A model generated the notes under the pieces. It was not told the origin of the DNA. It did no database searches and saw only the letters and a program-made list of their open reading frames with translations. Source: an uncultured Nitrososphaerales archaeon (lineage in GTDB: Archaea > Thermoproteota > Nitrososphaeria > Nitrososphaerales > Gagatemarchaeaceae). From it: 64,000 bases of DNA. This document shows, in pieces, positions 54,828 through 64,000 of this stretch. A program made the position numbers and the translations under genes. The stretch is taken from positions 1,696,001-1,760,000 of the forward strand of contig OY970160.1 of NCBI GenBank assembly GCA_963706445.1, in the 5' to 3' direction. The number at the start of each line of letters is the position of its first letter. Positions within the stretch are counted from its first letter, which is position 1.

Positions 54828-55235
54828 ATGCTAAGAACAGTGTTGGAATCAGCGTACAAACGGACGGTGGGAGCCGTGAAGGACTCCTTCATGAGGTTCG
54901 TCTCATCGATAACCAGGGGAGGCGGCCTCGTCGAGGCCCTGTACGTGATACTCCTCGTGGCGCTGATGGCAGGCTTCATCAACGCTGTGGTCTTCCCTGT
55001 GCCTAACCAGAGCTACATCCCGTATCCCCAGGCAGGCGCCATGACGATACCCGAGGCCATACTCGATGCCTTTGTCATAGTCATAGGAGGGGCGGGAATC
55101 TATCTCGTCTATCTGAGTGGAAGGCAGACTGCCAGGAGCAGGACGGTCAATATGTATCTGGGGATGGCCCTGCTTCTTCTGGTGGCGTCCATCTTCATAG
55201 GCATAGACATGGCGCAGCTCAAGGGATTCGGGTAG
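54828..55235 (+). CDS. Small membrane protein (3 TM)
   Basis: Three hydrophobic segments; co-oriented with the upstream genes. Confidence 0.75.
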   Translation: MLRTVLESAYKRTVGAVKDSFMRFVSSITRGGGLVEALYVILLVALMAGFINAVVFPVPNQSYIPYPQAGAMTIPEAILDAFVIVIGGAGIYLVYLSGRQTARSRTVNMYLGMALLLLVASIFIGIDMAQLKGFG

Positions 55236-55821
55236 AGAAAACTCCCCCCGGCCAAGCGGAGCCTTTTTCGCATCTGACGACTAGCTCGCTTCCCCTTACG
55301 GCGACGGAAGCGGTCACGTCAGAGAGCCCCGATATCGACCTGCCAGTACCTCTCCGAAAGAAGCCTTCCCGTCTGTACATGGTCATGATTACTGTCTTGC
55401 CGTTGGTCTTCGCCAGGTACGACAGGCTCGCCACTGCGAACGCCAGCTTCCTGCTGCGCGAGCTCCCCTCGTCCTTGGAGATCAGGTGGTAGAGGCTGTT
55501 CAGACTGTCCACGATGATGATCTTCTGCTGAAGCTCGAAAAGCGCCGAGAACTCGTTCTCCAAGTCTGACCCGGGTTCGGGGACCCTCAGAACAGATGAT
55601 TTGGCAGCCGCACCACCGAGGGCGGAGAATATCAGATCCGAATCTGATGAATAGAAGGCGTCCAAGTCGAGGACGGCACAGCCGCTGCTGGCCGCAGATA
55701 ACAGGCCCATGACGGTGCGGGCGAACTGGATGTTGGCCTCTCTCCCGTCCACGAGAAAGGTCGTCGTCTTGCCTTTCAGGGGGCCGAAGAACGAACTGGT
55801 CTGCTCCCCGCTAAAACTCAT
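55219..55821 (-). CDS. RecA/RadB-like fold protein with degenerate Walker A
   Basis: AVLDLD, IIIVDSLNSLY (Walker B-like), L..LAK....V; no GxxxxGK at the P-loop position. Confidence 0.6.
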   Translation of the reverse strand: MSFSGEQTSSFFGPLKGKTTTFLVDGREANIQFARTVMGLLSAASSGCAVLDLDAFYSSDSDLIFSALGGAAAKSSVLRVPEPGSDLENEFSALFELQQKIIIVDSLNSLYHLISKDEGSSRSRKLAFAVASLSYLAKTNGKTVIMTMYRREGFFRRGTGRSISGLSDVTASVAVRGSELVVRCEKGSAWPGGVFSTRIP

Positions 55822-55833
55822 TAGGCGAGCCAG

Positions 55834-56478
55834 GTGTCAGGTCTTCGATATTTCAAAGTGAGCCGTATATGCGTGGCCACAACCAAGGCCAGGGCCTACT
55901 ACGCCCTCGTGTCGAGGCTGAGGAGGGCAGAGCTCCCTTTCTCTAGCGCGCTTCCTGACTCGGGAATCCGCGACTGCGACATCGTGTTGACCACCGCCGA
56001 GGAGGCGGGCAGGTTCGGGGACCGTGCGGTCGCCCTCGAGGACTTGGACGAGAACCCTGGTATTTTCAAGGGACAGGTGGTGTCACGGCTGACCGGTGCA
56101 GGGGACGTAATCCTAGTCGGGGTCGACCCCGGGAAGAGGACCGGCCTGGCGGTCTTCTACGGCCAAACGAAGCTTGCTTTCAACACGTTCGATTCTGTCG
56201 GGGCGGTCTGCTCCAGGGTCGGCGCCTTCGCCAGGGGGGTCCCTTCGAGCAGGCTCCTAGTGAGGGTGGGGAACGGGAACAGGTCCATGGCTACGAGGCT
56301 GGTGGAGGGGCTGAAGCGGGAGGTCCCAAGCTCGACCATAGAGGTGGTGGACGAGTCAGGGACATCGACGGGGAGCTCGAAGATGAAGGGGGTCCAGCGA
56401 GACCAAGTGGCCGCCGCAAAGATCGCCTTCCGAAAGGGAGAGGTGGTCAGCCATGGGACGACCAGAAATCGCGGCTGA
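55834..56478 (+). CDS. Hypothetical protein with RNase H-like (YqgF/RuvC-type) domain
   Basis: VGVDPGKRTGLAV, VRVGNG, VVDE..TS, D..AA..IA. Confidence 0.75.
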   Translation: MSGLRYFKVSRICVATTKARAYYALVSRLRRAELPFSSALPDSGIRDCDIVLTTAEEAGRFGDRAVALEDLDENPGIFKGQVVSRLTGAGDVILVGVDPGKRTGLAVFYGQTKLAFNTFDSVGAVCSRVGAFARGVPSSRLLVRVGNGNRSMATRLVEGLKREVPSSTIEVVDESGTSTGSSKMKGVQRDQVAAAKIAFRKGEVVSHGTTRNRG

Positions 56479-58303
56479 GCGACTCGATGCTATTTGGGGT
56501 CATGTCCCCGACCACGAGGTCTTTCTTCAGCCAGGACGGCATCAGATCCCGGGCAGCCTGCGAGCCGAACCTCTCGTCGAAGAAGAAGACCAGCCCCCGT
56601 TTTCCCGGACTCCGCACGTGCCTTCCGGCGGCCTGGAAGGCCTTACGAAGGGCTGGAAGGCGCGAGAGCATGAGGTAAGAGTCTCCCTCTCCAGCCCTCT
56701 TCAGACACGCATACTCTGCGTGCATCATGGGGGATGGAGGCGGGAGCGCCAGCCCCACCACTGCTATCGAACCCATCATCCCGCCCTCGAAGTCCTCCCC
56801 CTCGGAGAACCGTCCGCCCTGGACGCCGAATAGTACCGATTCATCGGATGACCTGAACGAGTCGAACAGCTCCTCGACCTTGTCGTTCGTGAGCCCCGGT
56901 GCCTCGGAGACCATCAGTCGGCCTGATACCCTCTTCGACACCATCACAGAGATGGGGGCCAAGACCGAATATGAGGGCGCGAATATCCCCACCCCCGCAT
57001 CCGTCGATTTGATCATAGCTGCCAGCCTGTCGGAAATCTTGGAGTACATTTCCGGGGTCCTCTGCTTATAGCGGGTGGACGTGCCGGTGTCCACCGCCGT
57101 CTTCACTTCCACCAGTGACTCTGCGGAAGCGTCGTATGTCTTCACCATCTCGGGGGTCAACCCCAGAGACCTGGCAAAAACCGAGGATGGGTTGACGGTG
57201 GCGGACAGGAGCACGCAGCTCTTGAACCGGGCCAGGTAATCGGCCAAGTTCCTTACCGGGTCGTGGTCGACCAGGCCGAGGGTGTTCTCCCACTTCACCA
57301 AGACGGACCGGCTCGATGTGGATAGCTTCACCAAGAACTCCCCGACGCGTAGTATGAGCGATAGTAGCCTCCTCTCGAAAGTTATCGACCCCCAGGCGGC
57401 TCCGGAACTCGCGCTCAGTTCGAAGGCCAGATTCTGGAGCCACACGGTCCCATGGTCGTCGCGGAACCGCTCCATGACATGGGCCCTGTCGAGGAGCCAC
57501 CCCTGGTGCTCCGCCATCAACTGCTCCAGGGTGGTAAGGAGCGATGTGAGGGAGAGCGCCGCGTCCATCAGCAGGGCCTTGGCCTCTCTGACGGCACCGC
57601 GCACCTAGTCGAGAGTCAGAGTGGCCGAGTTCATGCTTCTGAAGAAGTCGCGTATGTTGTGCGCCTCGTCGGCAATGAGAATCGTCCTCGGTATCTCGAC
57701 GGAGTTCCTGTCGAAAAGGACGGCCATGGCCCTGGGGTCGAAGGCATACTGGTAGGGGACGACGGCGACGGCGGCCTGGGCCATGGCCACCCTGGCGACT
57801 TCGTAAGGGCACACGTAGGCTTCCTCCGACTTCCTGATTAGCTCGGAGTGGCGGGGGGTCCTAAGGAGCGACTCCCCGACGAGTCGGCCGAAGTCTTCTG
57901 ATAGGGTGACGTTGAGGAAGTATGAGCAGAGGTTGTTGCTGACATTGAATGAACAGTACCACCCGAAGGATTCCTGTGGGACGATCCTCTGACGGCGCAA
58001 GAGGCAGTAGTCGTACTTCGACAGCATCGGAGCGGCGCGGAAAGGGTGCCTCCCCTGGAGCCTGGAAATCTCGTCGACCACCCGGAAGATCTGCCGTTTC
58101 GTCCTGCAAGTGTAGACAATCCTGCAGCCCGTCTCTTCGGCAGCTGACAGAGCTCCTGCGAGCACGGCGGCAGTCTTGCCGAACCCGCTCATCGCCTCGG
58201 CGATGAGAATCTCCCCTTCGGCGCATGCGCGATACACGTGGTGGGCCAGCTCCTCCTGACCCGGGCGAAAGGACTCGTAGGCGAACCTGCTCTGTATGTC
58301 CAC
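56447..58303 (-). pseudogene. xpd: XPD/Rad3 Fe-S DNA helicase interrupted by an in-frame TAG at 57605-57607 (nonsense lesion, read-through or split gene)
   Basis: N-half RPGQ, SGFGKT, four Cys, CPYE, DEAHN; C-half LSAT, SY, GGRFSEGEDF, GL.LP, QAAGR..R, DERF; the two track ORFs are in frame and separated only by TAG. Confidence 0.85.
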
Positions 58304-58339
58304 AGGCTAGGAGTCGGGCCCGCTATTTTACTCCCCGTA

Positions 58340-59629
58340 TCAGATGCCGATGTGGGAGGCGAAGGCTTCGTCCTTGAAGAGCAGGGATGTGGCCTTCTCG
58401 ACGGCTGCCCTGTTCTCCGGTGTGGTGTACACGCGGAGGACGTCCATGAAGCCAGCGATGGAACCTACCAGGGGGAGCTTCTCCAAGGGCACCGCCTTGA
58501 CGACCCGCCTGTTCCCCTCGGCCCTGAACAGCGCCACCGATGTGAGGACCTCTTTGGTGTAGGTGTAGGGGACGGAGGGTGTCGTGGGGACGTCAAGGTA
58601 TACGTGGTGGGAGTCGACCTTTGCTGTTTTCGCTATTTCAGAGACAGCTCGGGTCCGCGCCCCCTCGTCGGCGAATATCCGTTCTACCATCCGGCCCTTC
58701 CTCTGGAGGACCTTCTCAAAGGCGCACTTGACCAGCCTTCTTTCTTGGAAGTCTATGGCTAGCTTCTTGGCCTCCTTTAGCTCAGATGTGGAGGCCTTCA
58801 GGTTGATGAGCCGGTGGATAACGACCTCGTCTGTGAGCTCCAAGTATCTCTCGATGTCGGACAGGTCGGTCAGCCCCAGAGAACTGTCTGCTAGCTTCAT
58901 CGAGTGTGCCAGCATCAGCTCCGCTGCTCTGACCGTCCTGTGAAAGTAGACGGCCTTGAACATCTCGTAGCGGGCGAGGAGTAGAGCCTCGTAGGCGTAG
59001 AGGGCCGCGTCGTCTATCACCAGATGCCCACCGGCGACGTGGAGCGAGTTGATCACCCTCTGTGTGTCTACCTTGCCGTACTCCACCCCCGTGAAGTAAG
59101 AGTCCCGGGGGAGGTAGTCCATCATGTCAGCGCTCAGGCTTCCCGCTATGATCTCGTTCATGAACGGAGGCTTCGACTTCTGTCTGCCGACTGCGAAGTC
59201 GGACATCTTCTTGGAGGAGAATCCGTTCTTTTCGAGTATGTCGCTGATGGACGTCTCGAGGATGACCCGTTTAGAAATGTCTTCGTGCGACACCTCGCCG
59301 TTGTCAGAAAGGACCTCCTCGTACATGTGGGAGAAGGGCCCGTGACCCACGTCGTGCAGTAGGGCGGCGATCCTTGTCTCCTGGACGGCGTCCTTGTCCA
59401 TTTCAGAGGCCAGAGACTCGGCTATCTGCCCGGCCACGTGCATCGCCCCGACGACGTGGTCGAATCGCGTGTGCGTCGCTCCCGGATAGACGAGGTATGA
59501 GCCTGCGAGTTGGTGTATGCGCCTGAGCCTCTGCAGGAACGGAGAGTCGATGAGCTGTCGTTCGACTTCGGTCATCCGGACGTATCCGTGGACTGGGTCC
59601 CTGATCTCTGCGACAGGAGAGAGCGCCAA
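58340..59629 (-). CDS. HD-domain phosphohydrolase (SAMHD1/dNTPase-like)
   Basis: IRDPVHG, QRLRRI.QL, HTRFDH, LLHDVGHGPFSH, D.MDY..RD, VYFH. Confidence 0.93.
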   Translation of the reverse strand: MALSPVAEIRDPVHGYVRMTEVERQLIDSPFLQRLRRIHQLAGSYLVYPGATHTRFDHVVGAMHVAGQIAESLASEMDKDAVQETRIAALLHDVGHGPFSHMYEEVLSDNGEVSHEDISKRVILETSISDILEKNGFSSKKMSDFAVGRQKSKPPFMNEIIAGSLSADMMDYLPRDSYFTGVEYGKVDTQRVINSLHVAGGHLVIDDAALYAYEALLLARYEMFKAVYFHRTVRAAELMLAHSMKLADSSLGLTDLSDIERYLELTDEVVIHRLINLKASTSELKEAKKLAIDFQERRLVKCAFEKVLQRKGRMVERIFADEGARTRAVSEIAKTAKVDSHHVYLDVPTTPSVPYTYTKEVLTSVALFRAEGNRRVVKAVPLEKLPLVGSIAGFMDVLRVYTTPENRAAVEKATSLLFKDEAFASHIGI

Positions 59630-59678
59630 CCCTGCTTTACGGGCCCCTCAGGCGTCTTAAACGGTTCTGTGTGTCAGG

Positions 59679-60284
59679 CTAGACCTTCGTTTCAAGGGCC
59701 TTCGAGACCGCCAGGGAGACCGACCTGCTGGTCTCTTCGATTCTCCCTCCGGCATCGACCACCGTCCAGCCGAACTTCTCCGCCAGTTCAAGGTACGCTC
59801 CTCTCGCCTTCTCCTGGAGGCAGAGGTTCCTTTCATACGAATCCTTCCTGTCCCCCCTTCTTGGGATGAGTTTGGCGGGTTGGGCGTTTAGGAGGATGAC
59901 TAGATCCGGCTCAGGGAGGCCTTCCTCAAGGTGCAGGAGCCACTCAAGCTGCAGTCCGCTGCTGACCCCGTAGGCGAGGTTGGATCCTGAGTACCTGTCC
60001 ACTATGGTGGCGTCCGTGTCAGACAGGATTGCCTCCAGTTCCCCCTTCTTCTCCCACCTGTTGGCAGCATAGAGCATCGCCCTCACTTCCGGGGGGTAGA
60101 TGACTGTGCCCGCCAGGAATTTCCTAATCTCCTTCCCGATGGTGGTCTCGTACGCAGGGAAAGAAATCGTCCTCGTGGTCAGGTCCTTCGAGCCGAGCCA
60201 GGCCTTCAGGATGGAGGTCTGGGTCCTCTTGCCCACGGCGTCTATCCCCTCGATGGCGATGAAGAGTCCCCTCCTCCGGCTCAT
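59679..60284 (-). CDS. tmk: Thymidylate kinase
   Basis: IEGID..GK.TQ, FP.Y, LYAANR, DRY..S..AYG, PD. Confidence 0.95.
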   Translation of the reverse strand: MSRRRGLFIAIEGIDAVGKRTQTSILKAWLGSKDLTTRTISFPAYETTIGKEIRKFLAGTVIYPPEVRAMLYAANRWEKKGELEAILSDTDATIVDRYSGSNLAYGVSSGLQLEWLLHLEEGLPEPDLVILLNAQPAKLIPRRGDRKDSYERNLCLQEKARGAYLELAEKFGWTVVDAGGRIEETSRSVSLAVSKALETKV

Positions 60285-60320
60285 GGCCGCCGTCCTTGGT
60301 ACAGCGTCTAAATCCGTTTC

Positions 60321-62105
60321 CTAGAAGAAGATGGATACCAGAAAGAGGCCTGCTACAGCGGCTGTTGCGAACCTGAAATAGCTCCTTGAGAACTTGGAGC
60401 TCTCTTGGGTTATTGAGGCGAATTCCTCGAGGGCCTTGGCACCGAAGACTCTGACCTTGCTATTCATCTTGGCAGAGCCGTATTCTGCCGGGGCGAGCCT
60501 CGTTTCCGCAAGTCTGGCGAGCTTCACGGTGGCCTCTGCTATGGCCGCGACAGGTGTCGACTCTCCCAGTGTCTTGTACCCGCGTTCTGCCGTCAACCCG
60601 CGGGCAGCGAGGTTGTGGCTGTCCGAAGTGCAGAACTCCACCAGGCTGTAGCCGGCCGAATTCAACGCCTTCTCTACCTCGGCGTGCAGGCTCGGAACGG
60701 AGTTGTTGGCATCTGCGAGGACTAGGACGGACTTCGGGCCCTCCGACTGCAGCATTATCAGCCCGACGCCGTTCTCAGTGATGTCCCCGCTCCCTGAGAA
60801 ACCGATTTCGTTTGAGTGGGAATAGGCGAAGGCGAAGCGATGGGGCTCGGCCTTGCTCATGGTTTCGAAGAGCTTCCTCCACCCGGGGTCGTCGGTCATA
60901 GGAGACTGCAGGCGGGGGTCGATCGAGTTGTGCGCGTCGACAATCGTCAGGTCCAACCCCGCGTCGACCGCAGATCTAGAGAGCTGGTCCTCCACTGTTG
61001 CGTCTATGTCGTCAGACCCGAGCGGAGCGAACGACATTGTCATCATCAGGTCTTCGGAGAAAGCCAGAGCTGAGGCGACCGCGTTCCCGACCTGGGTGCG
61101 CGTCGGCCCGCGCATCAATGCGCCGCCCCCGGTGGGTTCAATGGAGAGCGCCAATTCTTTCACAGCTAGGGCATACTTCGAAGTGTCTGCCTTCGTGGCC
61201 AAATTCCGCTCGTGCCCTCCTGGCCTGTGGAGTGTCATCGCCGGGCCCAGTTCCCTGAACGCCACTGATACCACACCTGGGAGGTCGTAGCTGCCTATGG
61301 GATAGAACGGACCCGGATGGACACCAGGTAAAATCAAGAACGCGTCCCCTACCTTCGTCCTGAAGAGGAGGACCTTCGTGCTGACCTCCATCTCCTCGGA
61401 GTGGCCTGCTATCATCCCCTCCAGCTGGTCGGAGTCCTCGGTGGTCCAGGTCTTCATGAACGCGTGGAAGAGGCTCAATGCGTCGTAGCCAAGACTCGTC
61501 TTCTTTCCTTTGAGGAGCAAGGGGAAGGCGACCAGGATAGCGAGGGCGAGAAATCCGCTCGAAAAGGCGACGACGTCGAGTCGGCCTGCAAGCTCAGGGA
61601 GCCTGACAATCAGTAGGGTGGAGATTGGGTGGATGGCGGCGAGCGACAGAGAGATTGACGCACTGTTCTCGAAGGCACCGTGGATGACAAGGAACTCGAA
61701 CCCGGCGCAGATGAAGGCCCCGAACAGGATTGCGTTGGTGAGGGCGCTGGTGGACCCCGAAGTCCAGGCGTAGACCGCACCTACGGCGGCGAAGACCAGC
61801 CATAGAATCTCTCCTGCAAGGATAGTGGCCTGCACCCGTCGGAACGTCGCGATGGTCTTCCTGTCCTTGATCCTGAGGGCGCTCGAGACGGCGGTCGCAG
61901 ACAGTATCAGGACGACGAATGCCAGCACAAAGGTCGGTAGGCCCGAGGTTCCCCTCGACAGGATGGAAAGGAGGAAAGCTGCGAGCCCCCCATAGACGAC
62001 AAGGGAAAGGGTGGAAGGGAGGACGAAAAGATGCCTGTAGCGGCTTGCGAGGGATTCTGTGGCAGAACGGGTCTTGGGATTCTGCTCAGATGACGTTGAT
62101 GACAA
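60321..62105 (-). CDS. DUF2070 family membrane protein
   Basis: N-terminal TMs, HPGPF..GS, DAHN, D.NN, TSDSH. Confidence 0.88.
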   Translation of the reverse strand: MSSTSSEQNPKTRSATESLASRYRHLFVLPSTLSLVVYGGLAAFLLSILSRGTSGLPTFVLAFVVLILSATAVSSALRIKDRKTIATFRRVQATILAGEILWLVFAAVGAVYAWTSGSTSALTNAILFGAFICAGFEFLVIHGAFENSASISLSLAAIHPISTLLIVRLPELAGRLDVVAFSSGFLALAILVAFPLLLKGKKTSLGYDALSLFHAFMKTWTTEDSDQLEGMIAGHSEEMEVSTKVLLFRTKVGDAFLILPGVHPGPFYPIGSYDLPGVVSVAFRELGPAMTLHRPGGHERNLATKADTSKYALAVKELALSIEPTGGGALMRGPTRTQVGNAVASALAFSEDLMMTMSFAPLGSDDIDATVEDQLSRSAVDAGLDLTIVDAHNSIDPRLQSPMTDDPGWRKLFETMSKAEPHRFAFAYSHSNEIGFSGSGDITENGVGLIMLQSEGPKSVLVLADANNSVPSLHAEVEKALNSAGYSLVEFCTSDSHNLAARGLTAERGYKTLGESTPVAAIAEATVKLARLAETRLAPAEYGSAKMNSKVRVFGAKALEEFASITQESSKFSRSYFRFATAAVAGLFLVSIFF

Positions 62106-62241
62106 TTGAGACGATGATCAGGGTGATGGACCCGATGAGGACGATCTCCGGCCTGATCTTCACTCCCTGAGTCTCTTCGTTGAAGAACGTGAGCAGGCCT
62201 GCGCTCGACGCGGGCATAGGCGCGTTGTCTTTCTTGCTCAT
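62086..62241 (-). CDS. secG: Preprotein translocase subunit Sec61beta/SecG
   Basis: Not in track. Manual translation MSKKDNAPMPASSAGLLTFFNEETQGVKIRPEIVLIGSITLIIVSIVINVI. Confidence 0.92.
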   Translation of the reverse strand: MSKKDNAPMPASSAGLLTFFNEETQGVKIRPEIVLIGSITLIIVSIVINVI

Positions 62242-62301
62242 GCTGTTTCACGAGGCCCTTCGACAGTTCTTAAGGATAACGCCGCCACTGGTCGGTGTAG
62301 G

Positions 62302-63711
62302 CTACACGAATCCGTTTTCCGTGAGCTTGGTCAAGACCCTGCTCCAGAACCCACTGCTCAGGGTTAGGAAGGCCGAGATGGCGCAGATCAGCAGCCCTCC
62401 CACGATGGCGACCAGGGGGACGATCGACGCTATCGACACGAGGATTATCACCCCGCCGAGAGGCAGCGCAGTAGCCAACTGTCTAAGGCTGAATTGGGCG
62501 GCCATCATCATGTCGTCCCCCTTTATCTGAATGGGGGCGATGTAGGCAGCCCAGCAGATCTCAAGGACGTATGCGCCGGGTATTACCGCCAGTATCACTC
62601 CAAGAGCCCCCAAAGAGGAACCGTATCCCAGGGCCAGGAGGATCGAGTTGGCGACCGCGAAGGGAGCAAGAATTAGCATGAGCGAGATGACTTTGGATGC
62701 GATAAGGTGCCTGAAGTAGGTGGAGGGAGGGAGAGACGTCAGAGACAACCAGATCCTTTCGTTCGTTATCGCCGATTGGGAAAGGAAGAAACTGACGAAA
62801 GTGAGGAGGACGGCAACGATGATCGCACCAGGAAAAGTGTCCGTTCCGCTCACCGCTTGTGCAGGCGAGCCTTGCAGGAGGGCGTAGGCGAAGTAGGCCG
62901 CCGCGGCCACTGTTGCGGTCACGAATACCCATCGGGTCTTCACGCGTCTGGAGACGTATCGGGAAGTCCCCGCCATGTTCATCCTCCCGGCGAGGGACAT
63001 GTTGCTGAGGTTCATCGAGTAGATGGCGCCGATGGGGCTTCGGCCGACGTAGCTGTTCTGTGATTTAATATCCGACGAGGTCGTCCTCACAAGGCTCCTC
63101 ATCATATCTAGCTCAATCCGCGACAGTCCTCTGAAGGCCAGCGCGGTGGTGACAGCCGCCAGTGCGACTGTTGTAGCGGTCCCGCCCAATGGGTTCCCGT
63201 TGAACGCTGCGCCCGGCGACAGGGGAAATTTCGCAAGGCCGGCGACCGTCCAAAGCGCCAGACCTACTGACAGCGCGGCTCTGAGCTTGGTAGTCATCGA
63301 AGTCGCAATGATTCCGAGTGACGTGAACGTGAGGGCGAGAGCGACGAGATCAGCCACTAGGAGAGGAGAGGCGAGGGTCTGGTCCAGATATCCGAATATG
63401 AACAGTATCGAGATTCCGAATGCGATGAATTGCGAGAAGAAGATGGCTATGGAAAGATCTCTGGTGCTTAGCGGTAGGGCGAAGAGGTAGTCCCGGTCCG
63501 ACTTGAATATCATGATTCCGCCTGTGGCCAGGGCCATGGCAAGAAAGAGCGCAACTATTGCAGTCCCGTAGTAACCCAGGATGAGGTTCGCCTGTTGAGT
63601 GGGGATCAATGATGAAATGGCAGTGTAGTACACGAGCATGACCACGATGAGTATGAGGAGGGGCCTGGAGAAGCGGGTCCGGACGACGAACTTCAGAAGC
63701 TTACCTAGCAT
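62302..63711 (-). CDS. Putative ABC exporter permease
   Basis: About 12 TM; SD.DYLF.LPL motif; overlaps the ABC ATPase stop. Confidence 0.8.
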   Translation of the reverse strand: MLGKLLKFVVRTRFSRPLLILIVVMLVYYTAISSLIPTQQANLILGYYGTAIVALFLAMALATGGIMIFKSDRDYLFALPLSTRDLSIAIFFSQFIAFGISILFIFGYLDQTLASPLLVADLVALALTFTSLGIIATSMTTKLRAALSVGLALWTVAGLAKFPLSPGAAFNGNPLGGTATTVALAAVTTALAFRGLSRIELDMMRSLVRTTSSDIKSQNSYVGRSPIGAIYSMNLSNMSLAGRMNMAGTSRYVSRRVKTRWVFVTATVAAAAYFAYALLQGSPAQAVSGTDTFPGAIIVAVLLTFVSFFLSQSAITNERIWLSLTSLPPSTYFRHLIASKVISLMLILAPFAVANSILLALGYGSSLGALGVILAVIPGAYVLEICWAAYIAPIQIKGDDMMMAAQFSLRQLATALPLGGVIILVSIASIVPLVAIVGGLLICAISAFLTLSSGFWSRVLTKLTENGFV

Positions 63712-64000
63712 CTGTCATCATCCTCGCCACGACGCTTTCGATGGGCTCCTCCGGTGATCCTTTCTTCCTGAGGTCGTCGATGGTGCCTTCCCATAGAAAC
63801 ATCCCCTTGGATATCATCACCACGCTGTCTGTCAGCCTGTGCGCAATCGCCATGATGTGCGTCGAGACCAGGTGCGTCCCTTCCATTCTATCCAGCATCG
63901 CGATGACCTTTTCCTGTGTTGGGATGTCAAGATAGTTCAGGGGCTCGTCCAATAGCATGACCTTGGGAGAATGGACGATGGCCAGCGCGATGGCCAGCTT
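63701..64000 (-). CDS. ABC transporter ATP-binding protein, 5' end outside window
   Basis: [22 protein letters not shown] switch. Confidence 0.88.
   Translation of the reverse strand, partial: KLAIALAIVHSPKVMLLDEPLNYLDIPTQEKVIAMLDRMEGTHLVSTHIMAIAHRLTDSVVMISKGMFLWEGTIDDLRKKGSPEEPIESVVARMMTDAR

Noticed and set aside
57605-57607. Pyrrolysine or genome-wide TAG reassignment
   Set aside because: Many conserved genes here (srp54, eif5a neighbours, csl4, tfs) end at their expected positions, several with TAG; no pyl genes in the window

Overview
GC-rich archaeal chromosomal segment. The gene set (TFB, aIF5A, aIF2-alpha, SRP54, Pus10, Rpo4/Rpo11/TFS, Csl4, GINS-PriS-PCNA, Nop10, AglB, Dph2/Dph6, CofE, Sec61beta) and the many TTG starts suggest a non-ammonia-oxidising Nitrososphaerota/TACK lineage (inference). 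About 75 CDS and one tRNA-Ala(CGC) are supported; most are housekeeping genes. Highlights: (1) a Ku + minimal ATP-dependent ligase + minimal X-family polymerase operon, divergent from a DUF72 gene, which looks like an NHEJ system built with PolX instead of the usual LigD AEP polymerase; (2) a LAGLIDADG intein inserted immediately before the Mo-ligand Cys of a sulfite-oxidase-family enzyme and ending in non-canonical Gln-Asp; (3) an apparently complete lower myo-inositol catabolic cluster (iolE/D/C/B/A plus a Cgl0159-type aldolase) coupled to a Dpp/Opp-type ABC importer; (4) a promoter-backed, k-turn-containing H/ACA-like ncRNA candidate; (5) a membrane-anchored winged-helix protein divergent from an HtrA protease; (6) several single-base anomalies in conserved genes (IolA catalytic Cys->Arg, Dph6 ACG start, TFS CTG start, in-frame TAG in XPD). 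All calls come from motif recognition by eye; no database searches were run.
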